From assembly GCF_009914755.1 (NCBI RefSeq), contig NC_060941.1: a stretch of DNA of 64,000 nt. The stretch is one strand, 5' to 3'. This document shows positions 56,180-64,000 of the stretch, in pieces. The notes under the pieces are model-generated. The model saw only the letters and a program-made list of their open reading frames with translations, ran no database searches and was not told the origin of the DNA. The first letter of the stretch is position 1. Every line of letters starts with the position of its first letter. A program made the position numbers and the translations under genes. The stretch is from the human T2T-CHM13v2.0 reference genome, Homo sapiens.

Positions 56180-56918
56180 GGAATGGAATGGAATGGAATT
56201 TGAATGGAATGTAATGGAATGGAGTGGAGTAGCATTGTAGTAGATTGGTGTGGAGTGGAATGGAGTGGTTTGGATAGTTATGCAATGGAAAGGAATGGAG
56301 TGGTGTGGAGTGGGAGGGAGTGGAGTGGAGTGGGGTGGAGTGGAGTGGAGTGGAGTGGAATGGAGTGGAAAGGAATGGGATATAATGGAATGGAGTGGAG
56401 TGGAGTGGGAAGGTGTAGAATGGAATGGAATGGAGAGGAGTAGAGTGGAGTGGATTTGAATGGAGTCAATTGGAGTGCAGAGGAATGGAGTGGAATGGAG
56501 TGGAGTGGAGTGGAGTGGAATGGAGTGGAGTAGAGTGGAGTAGAGTGGATTGTAGTGGAATAGAATAGAATGAAAAGGAATGGAGTGGAATGGAATGGAA
56601 AGGAATGGAATGGAAAGTAATGCAATGGAATGGAATCGAATGGAATGGAATTGAATGAAATGGAATTGAAAGGAATCGAATGGAGTCGAATGCAATGGAA
56701 TGGAATCGAATGGAATGCCGTGAAATGGAGTGGAGTGGAGTGGAATGGAGTGGAATGAAAAGGGGTAGAATGGAAATGAATGATTGGAGTGGAGTGGAGC
56801 AGAATGGAGTGCAGTGGAATGGAATGAGAAGGAATGGAATTGAGCTGAGTGGAGTGGAGTGGAGTGGCGTGGAATGAAATGCAATAGAATGGAATTGAAT
56901 GGAATGGAGAAATGAAAT

Positions 56919-56981
56919 GTAAGCTGAGATTGCACACTGCATTCCAGCCTGGGTGATAGAGTGAGATCCTGTTGAAAGAAA
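56919..56981 (+). mobile_element. Alu 3'-end fragment copy 20 (variant B)
   Basis: GTAAGCTGAGATTGCACACTGCATTCCAGCCTGGGTGATAGAGTGAGATCCTGTTGAAAGAAA. Confidence 0.87.
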
Positions 56982-57440
56982 GGAAGGGAATGGAATGGAT
57001 TTAGAATGGAATATAATGGAATGGAGTGGAGTGGAGTGGAGTGGAGTGGCGTGGAGTGGAGTGGAGTGGAATGGAATGGTATGGATTGTTATGGAATTGA
57101 ATGCAATGGAGTGGAATGGAGTGCTGCGGGGTGGAGTGGAGTGGACTGGAATGGAGTGGAATGGAATGGGATGGAATGGAATGGAGTGGAGTGTAGAGGA
57201 GTGGAAAAGTGTAGAATGGAATGTTACGGAGTGGAGTTGAGTGGAATAGAGTGGAAAGGAATAGGGTGGAATGGAATTGAATGAAGTAGAGTGGAGTGGA
57301 GTGGAATGGACTGGGAAGGAATGGAATTGAATGGAGTGGAGTGGAATGGAGTGGAGTGGAATGGACTGGGAAGGAATGGAATTGAATGGAGTGGAGTGGA
57401 ATGGAATGCAAAGGAATGGAATTGAATGGTGAAATGAAAT

Positions 57441-57503
57441 TTGAGCTGAGATTGTGCACTGCACTCCAACCTGGGTGACACAGTGAGACCCTGTTGAAAG
57501 AAA
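57441..57503 (+). mobile_element. Alu 3'-end fragment copy 21 (variant A)
   Basis: TTGAGCTGAGATTGTGCACTGCACTCCAACCTGGGTGACACAGTGAGACCCTGTTGAAAGAAA; one difference from copy 19. Confidence 0.88.
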
Positions 57504-58810
57504 GGAATGGAATGGAATGGATTTTGAATGGAATGTAATGGAATGGAGTGGAATGGAGTGGAGTGGCATGTAGTGGATTGGTGTGGAGGGGAATGGAGTG
57601 GTTTGGATAGTTATGCAATGGAATGGAATGGAATGGAGTGGAGTGGGTTGGAGTGGAGTGGAGTGGAGTGGAATGGAAGGGGATGTAATGGAATGGAGTG
57701 GAGTGGAGTGGGAAGGTGTAGAATGGAATGGAATAGAATGGAGAGGAATGGAGTGGAAGGAGCTGAGTGGAGTGAATTGGAGTGCAGTGGAATGGAGTGG
57801 AATGCAGTAGAGTGGAATGGAGTGGAGTGTAGTGGAGTAGAGCATGGTGGAGGGGAATGGAATAGAATGAAATGGAATGGAGTGGACTGGAATGGAATGG
57901 AACGCAATGGAATAGAAAAGAATGGAATGGAATGCAATGGAATGGAATGGTATGGAATGGAATGGAATTGAATGGAATGGAATCGAATGGAATCGAAAGG
58001 AGTCGAATGCAATGCAATGGAAATGAATGGAATGGAATCCAATGGAATGCGGTGAAATGGAGTGGAGTGGAGAGGAACGGAGTGGAATGAAAATGGGTGG
58101 AATGGAAATGAATGAAGTAGAGTGGAGTGGAGTAGAATGGAGTGGAGTGGAATGGAATGGGAAGGAATAGGATGGAACGGAGTGGAGTGCAGTGGAATGG
58201 AGTGGAATGGAATGGGATTTAATGGAATGGAGTGGAGTGGAGTTGAGTGGGAATGTGTAGAATGGAATGGAATGAAGAGGAGTGAGTGGAGTGGATTCAA
58301 ATGGAGTGAATTGGAGTAAAGTGGAATAGAGTGGAATTGAGTGGAGTGGAATGGAGTGGAGTGAAGTGGAGAAGAGTGGAGTGGAGTGGAAAGGAATAGA
58401 ATGAAATGGAATGGAGTGGAATGGAATGGAATGCAACGGAATGGAACACAATGGAATGGAAAGGAATGGAATAGAATGCAACGGAATGGAAACAAATGGA
58501 ATGGAATGGAATCAAATGGAATGGCATCGAATGAAATGGAATCAAATGGAGTTGAATGCAATGGAATGGAAATGAATGGAATGGAAATGAATGGAATGGA
58601 ATCAAATAGAAAGCAGTGAAATGGAGTGGAGTGGAGTGGAACAGAGTGGAATGAAAAGGGGTGGAATGGAAATGAATGGAGCGGAGTGGAGTGGAGTAGA
58701 ATGGAGTGGAGTGGAATGGAATGGGAAGGAATGGAATTGAACTGAGTGGAGTGGAGTGGAGTGGAATGAAATGCAATAGAATGGGATCAAATGGAATAGA
58801 GAAATGAAAT

Positions 58811-58873
58811 GCGAGCTGAGATTATGCAATGCACTCCAGCCTGGGTGACAGAGTGAGATCCTGTCGAAAGAAA
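58811..58873 (+). mobile_element. Alu 3'-end fragment copy 22 (variant B context)
   Basis: GCGAGCTGAGATTATGCAATGCACTCCAGCCTGGGTGACAGAGTGAGATCCTGTCGAAAGAAA. Confidence 0.88.
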
Positions 58874-59543
58874 GGAAGGGAATGGAATGGATTTAGAATG
58901 GAATATAATGGAAGAGATTTAGAATGGAATGTAATGGAATGGAGTGGAGTGGAAGGGAGTGGAGTGGAATGGAGTGGAGTGGAATGGAATGCAATCGAAT
59001 GGAATAAAGTGAAATGGAGTGGGCTGGAATGGCATGGAATGGAGTTGAATGGAGTGGAGTGGAAAGGAATGGAGTGGAGTGCAATGGAATGGAGTGAAAT
59101 GGAATGGAATGGAGTGGAATGGAACATAATGGAAGGGGGTGGAATGGATTGGAGTGGAGTGGAGCAGAATGGAGTAGAGTGGAATGGAGTGCAATGGAGT
59201 GGAGGGGAGTGGAGTGGAGTGGAATGGAGTGGAGTGGAACGGAGTGGAATGGAATGGAATGGAATATAATGGAATTGATTAGAATCGTATGGAATGGAAT
59301 GGAATCGAATGGAATGGAATCGAAAGGCATAGAAAGGATTAGACTGGAATGTGGTGAAGTGGAGTGGAGTGGAACGGAGTGGAATGGAATTGGGTGGAAT
59401 GAAATTTAATGGAGTGGAGTGAAGTGGAGTGGAATGGAGTGGAGTGGAATGGACTGGGAAGGAATGGAATTGAACGGAGAGGAGTGGAGTGGAATGGTGT
59501 GGAATGGAATGCAATGGAATGGACTGGAATGGTGAAATGATAT

Positions 59544-59606
59544 GTGAGCTGAGATTGTGCACTGCACTCCAACCTGGGTGACAGAGTGAGATCCTGTCAT
59601 AAGAAA
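59544..59606 (+). mobile_element. Alu 3'-end fragment copy 23 (variant C)
   Basis: GTGAGCTGAGATTGTGCACTGCACTCCAACCTGGGTGACAGAGTGAGATCCTGTCATAAGAAA. Confidence 0.89.
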
Positions 59607-60145
59607 GGAATGGAATGGAATGGATTTACAATGGAATGGAATGGAGTGGAGTGGAGTGGAGTGGAGTGGCGTGGCGTGGAGTGGAGTGGAATGGAATGGT
59701 GTGGATTGTTATGTAATGGAATGCATTGGAGTGCAATGGAGTGCTGTGGGGTGGAGTGGAGTGGAGTGGAATGGAGTGGAATGGAATGGGATGGAATGGG
59801 ATGGAGTGGAGTGGAGTGGAGAGTAGTGGAAAAGTGTAGAATGGAATAGAATTGAATGGAGTGGAGTGGAATGGAGGGGAGTGGAATGGAATGGAGTGGA
59901 ATGGAGTGGAGTGGAGTGGAATGGAGTGGAGTGGAGTGGAATGGAGTGGAGTGGAGTTTAGTGGAGTGGAGTGGAGTGGATTGGAATGAAAGGGAGTGGA
60001 GTGGAGTGGAATGGAGTGGACTGGAATGTAATGGAGTGGAATGGGATGCAGTGGAGTGGAGTGGAATGGAATGGAATGGAATGGAGTGGAATGGAATGGA
60101 ATGCAATGCAATGGAATGGAATGGAATGGAATGGTGAAATGAAAT

Positions 60146-60208
60146 GTGAGCTGAGATTGTGCAGTGCACTCCAGCCTGGGTGAGAGAGTGAGATCCAGTT
60201 GAAAGAAA
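60146..60208 (+). mobile_element. Alu 3'-end fragment copy 24
   Basis: GTGAGCTGAGATTGTGCAGTGCACTCCAGCCTGGGTGAGAGAGTGAGATCCAGTTGAAAGAAA. Confidence 0.88.
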
Positions 60209-60540
60209 GGAATGGAATTGAATGGAATGGATTTAGAATGGAATAAAATAATGGAATGGAATGGAGTGGAATGGAGTGGAGTGCAATGGAGTGGAGTGGA
60301 GTGGAATGGAATGGAATAGAATGGAATCGAATGGAATCGAATGGCATGGAATGGAATTGTATGGAATGCGGTGAAGTGGAATGGAGTGGACTGGAATGTG
60401 GTGGAATGGAATTGAATGGAGTGGAGTGGAGTGGAGTGGAATGGAGTGGAATGGAATGGAAAGGGAAGGAATGGAATTGAACCGAGTGGAGTGGCGTGGA
60501 GTGAAATGGAATGGAATGGAATGGAATGGTGAAATGAAAT

Positions 60541-60603
60541 ATGAGCTGAGATTGTGCACTGCAATGCAGCCTGCATGAAAGAGTGAGATCCTGTCGAAAG
60601 AAA
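60541..60603 (+). mobile_element. Alu 3'-end fragment copy 25
   Basis: ATGAGCTGAGATTGTGCACTGCAATGCAGCCTGCATGAAAGAGTGAGATCCTGTCGAAAGAAA. Confidence 0.84.
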
Positions 60604-61030
60604 CGAATGGATGGAATGGATTTAGAATGGAATGTAATGGAATGGAGTGGAGTGGATTGGAGTGGTATGGAATGGAGTGGTACGGATTGTTATGGAATGG
60701 AGTGGAGTGGAGTGGAGTGGGGTGGAATGGAGTTTAGTGGAATGAAGTGGAATGGAATGGGATCGAATGGAACAGAGTGGAGTGGAGTGGAAAGGTGTAG
60801 AATGAAAGGGAATGGAATGGAGTTGAATGGAATGGAGTGGAGTGGAGTTGAGTGGAGTGGAATGGAGTGGAGTAGAATGGAGTGGAGTGGAATGGAGTGG
60901 AGTGGGGGGGAGTGGAGTGGAATGGAATGGAATATAATGGAACGAATGGAATGGAATTGAAAGGAAAGGAATGGAATGGAATGGAATGGAATGGAATGGA
61001 ATGGAATGGAATGGAATGGTTAAATGAAAT

Positions 61031-61093
61031 GTGAGCTGAGATTGTGCACTGCACTCCAGCCTGGGTGACAGAGTGAGATCCTGTCGAAAGAAA
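61031..61093 (+). mobile_element. Alu 3'-end fragment copy 26 (matches local consensus)
   Basis: GTGAGCTGAGATTGTGCACTGCACTCCAGCCTGGGTGACAGAGTGAGATCCTGTCGAAAGAAA; identical to copy 7. Confidence 0.92.
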
Positions 61094-61754
61094 GGAATGG
61101 AATGGAATGGATTTCCAATGGAATGTAACGAAATGCAGCGGAGTGTAGTGGGGTGGAGTGGAATGGGTGGAATGGAGTGGAACAGAGTGGAATGGAATGG
61201 GATGGAATGGAATAGAGTGTAGTGGCATGGAGTGGAAAGTTGTAGAATGGAATGGAATGGAATATAGTGAAGTGGAGTGGAGGGGTGTTGAGTGCAGTGG
61301 AATGGAATGGAGTGGAATGGAGTTGAGTGAGTGGAAAGGAGCAGAGTCGAGTGGAGTGGAGGGGAGTGAAGTGGAGTGGAATGGAACGGAGTGGAGTAGA
61401 ATGGACTGGAGTGCAGTGGAATTGACCGGAGTGGAATGAAATGGACTGGAGTGGAATGGAATGGACTGGAGTGGAATGAAATGGAGTGCAGTGGAGTGGA
61501 GTGGAATGGAGTGCAGTGGAGTGGATTGGAGTGGACTGGAGTGGTGTGGAATGGAGTGGAATGTAATGGGGTGGAATGGAAATCAATGGAGTGGAGTGGA
61601 GGGGAATGGAGGGCAGTGGAATGGAATGGGAAGGATGGAATTGAACAGAGTGGAGTGGAGTGGAGTGGAATGGAATGCAATGCAATGGAATGGAGTGTAA
61701 TGGAATGGAATGGAATGCAATGGAATGGAATGGAATGAAATGGTGAAATGAAAT

Positions 61755-61817
61755 GTGAGCTGAGACTGTGCACTGCGCTCCAGCCTGGGTGATAGGGTGA
61801 GATCCTCTCAAAAGAAA
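61755..61817 (+). mobile_element. Alu 3'-end fragment copy 27
   Basis: GTGAGCTGAGACTGTGCACTGCGCTCCAGCCTGGGTGATAGGGTGAGATCCTCTCAAAAGAAA. Confidence 0.86.
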
Positions 61818-62300
61818 GGAATGGAATAGAATGGAATGGATTTAGCATGGAATAAAATGGAATGGAATGGAGTGGAATGGAGTGGAGTGGAGTGGAGTGG
61901 AATGAAATGGAATCGAATGGAATCCAATCGAATCTAATTAAGTCAAATCGAATGGAATCGAATCGAATGGAATTGAATGGAATTGTAAGGAATCAAATGG
62001 AAAAAATGGAATGGAACGGAATCGAATTGAATCGAATCAAATTGAATGGAATCGAATGGCATTGAATGGAATCGAATGGAATGCAATGAAGTAGAATGCA
62101 GAGGACTGGAATGGAGTGGAATGGAATGGGGAGGAATGGAATTGAATGGAGTGGAGTGGAATGGAGTGGAACGGAATGGAATGAGAAGGAATGGAATTGA
62201 ACCAAGTGGAGTGGCGTGGAGTGAAATGGAATGGAATGGAATGGAATGGAATGGAATGGAATGGAATGGAATGGAATGGAATGGAATGGTGAAATGAAAT

Positions 62301-62363
62301 GTGAGCTTCGATTGTGCACTGCACTCCAGCCTGGGTGACAGAGTGAAATCCTCTCAAAAGAAA
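62301..62363 (+). mobile_element. Alu 3'-end fragment copy 28
   Basis: GTGAGCTTCGATTGTGCACTGCACTCCAGCCTGGGTGACAGAGTGAAATCCTCTCAAAAGAAA. Confidence 0.87.
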
Positions 62364-62847
62364 GGAATGGAATGGAATGGATTTAGAATGGAATGTAATG
62401 GAATGGAGTGGAGTGGATTGGAGTGGCGTGGAGTGGAGTGGAACAGAATGGAGTGGTACGGATTGTTATGGAATGGAGTGGAGTGTAGTGGAGTGGGCTG
62501 GAAGGGAGTTTAGTGGAATGAAGTGGAATGGAATGGGATCGAATGGAATAGAGTGTAGTGGAGTGGAAAGGTGTAGAATGGAATGGACTCTAATGGAGTT
62601 GAGTGGAGTGGAGTGGAGTTGAGTGGAGTGGAATTGAGTGAAGGGGAATGGAGAGGAGTGGAATGTAGTGGAGTGGGGTGGAGTGGAGTGGGTTGGAGTG
62701 GAGTGGAGTGCAATGGAATGGAATGGAAAGAAATGGAATGGAATCGAAAGGAATTGAATGGAATGGAAAGGAATGGAATGGAATGGAAAGGAATGGAATG
62801 GAATGGAATGGAATGCAATGGAATGGAATGGACTGGTGAAATGAAAT

Positions 62848-62910
62848 GTGAGCTGAGATAGTGCACTGCACTCCAGCCTAGGTGACAGAGTGAGATCCTG
62901 TCGAAAGAAA
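62848..62910 (+). mobile_element. Alu 3'-end fragment copy 29
   Basis: GTGAGCTGAGATAGTGCACTGCACTCCAGCCTAGGTGACAGAGTGAGATCCTGTCGAAAGAAA. Confidence 0.89.
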
Positions 62911-63304
62911 GGAATGGAATGAAATGGGTTTACAATGGAATGGAAAGGAATGGAGTGGATTGGAGTGGAGTGGGGTGGAGTGGAGTGGAATGGAGTGGAA
63001 TGGAATGGAGTGGAGTAGAATGGACTGGAGTGGAGTGGAATTGACAGGAGTGGAATGGACTGGAGTGGAGTGGAATGGCATGGAGTGCAGTGGAGTGGAG
63101 TGGAGTGGAATGGAGTGGAGTGGAGTGGATTAGAGTGGACAGGAGTGGAGTGGAATGGAATGGAATGGGGTGAAATGGAATTCAATGGAGTGGAGTGGAG
63201 GGGAATGGAGGGCAGTGGAATGGAATGGGAAGGAAAGGAATTGAACGGAGTGGAGTGGAATGGAATGCAATGGAATGAAAGGGAATGGAATGGTAAAATG
63301 AAAC

Positions 63305-63367
63305 GTGAGCTGAGATTGTGCACTGCAATCCAACCTGGTAGACAGACTGAGATCCTGTCAAAAGAAA
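63305..63367 (+). mobile_element. Alu 3'-end fragment copy 30
   Basis: GTGAGCTGAGATTGTGCACTGCAATCCAACCTGGTAGACAGACTGAGATCCTGTCAAAAGAAA. Confidence 0.85.
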
Positions 63368-64000
63368 GGAATGGAAAGGAATGGATTTAGAATGGAATGT
63401 AATGGAATGGAGTGGAGTGGAGTGGCGTGGATTGAAGTGGAGTGGTGTGGAATGGAGTGGTATGGATCGTTACGGAATGGAATGGAATGGAATGGAATGG
63501 AATGGAGTGGAGTGGATTGGATTGGGGTGGAGTAGAGTGGAGAGGAATAGAGTGGAATGGAGTGGTATGGAATGGAATGGAATGGAATGGAATGGAATGG
63601 AATGGAATGGAGTGTAGTGGAGTGGAGTGGAAAGGTGCAGAATGGAATGGAACAGAGTGGAGTGCAGTGGAGTGGAGTCTATTAGAATGTAGTAGAATGG
63701 AGTGGAATGGACTGGATTGTAATGGAGTGGATTGGAGAGGACTGGAGTGGAATGGAATGGAGTTGAGTGGAATGGAATGGAATAAAATGGAATGGAATGC
63801 AATACAATGGAATGGAGTGGAGCGAAATGGAATGTAATGGAGTGGAATGGAATGGAACGGAATGAAACGGAATGGAATACAATGGAATGGAATCAAATTG
63901 AATGGAATGGAATTGAATGGATTGGATTCGAATAGAATCGAATGCAATGGAATGGAAATGAATGGAATGGAATCGAATGGAATGTGGTAAAACGGAGTAG

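Larger units (their letters stand above)
40026..64000 (+). repeat. Satellite III-related domain B: mixed (GGAGT)n/(GGAAT)n composite satellite with interspersed Alu 3' fragments
   Basis: Abrupt rise in GGAGT pentamers from ~40,030. New landmarks appear (GGAATGCGGTGAAGTGG, GTGGTATGGATTGTTATGG, GGAAAGGTGTAGAATGG, GGGAAGGAATGGAATTGAA, GGATTTAGAATGG) and the domain-A landmarks disappear. Confidence 0.93.

Noticed and set aside
40552-63367. CRISPR-like array (conserved repeat with variable spacers)
   Set aside because: The repeat is 63 bp and Alu-derived, the spacers are 0.3-1.9 kb of mutually homologous satellite rather than unique sequence, there are no cas genes, and the context is primate heterochromatin.
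40552-63367. 30 independent Alu insertions, or active Pol III/7SL-like RNA genes
   Set aside because: The copies share identical boundaries and a 1-bp deletion, with no per-copy target-site duplications, no left arm with A/B boxes and no poly(A) tail.
40552-63367. Inverted-Alu dsRNA or hairpin substrate
   Set aside because: All 30 copies are in the same orientation and no strand switch was seen anywhere in the window.
1-64000. Hundreds of ORFs (MEWNG.../HSIPF... repeats), including 735 aa at 40975-43182(-), 671 aa at 56466-58481(-) and 519 aa at 51597-53156(-)
   Set aside because: Three pentamers make 15 nt, so (GGAAT)n and (GGAGT)n translate stop-free in all frames. The ORFs overlap in all six frames, are low complexity and have no domain or gene context. 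Their only complex segments (e.g. GSHSVTQAGVQCTISAH) are typical antisense-Alu translations.

Overview
The whole window is primate (most likely human/hominoid) Satellite III-type heterochromatic DNA. The purine-rich (GGAAT)n strand is on + throughout, with no inversion. There are no credible protein-coding or RNA genes: the ORF track (MEWNG... on +, HSIPF... on -) is simply the translation of the pentamer. Two satellite domains meet at about 40,025. Domain A (1 to ~40,025) is diverged (GGAAT)n with a degenerate ~0.8-1.0 kb super-unit; I counted about 42 copies of one landmark by eye. Domain B (~40,026 to 64,000) is a mixed (GGAGT)n/(GGAAT)n satellite punctuated by 30 same-orientation copies of a 63-bp Alu 3'-end fragment with identical boundaries, spaced 395-1963 bp apart (mean ~785 bp). 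This implies one Alu tail fragment was captured once and then amplified as part of the satellite unit. Variants in the fragment reveal nested three-cassette higher-order repeats, units that lost the cassette, and CpG-deamination history. Chromosome and subfamily cannot be assigned without a search. All counts are manual.
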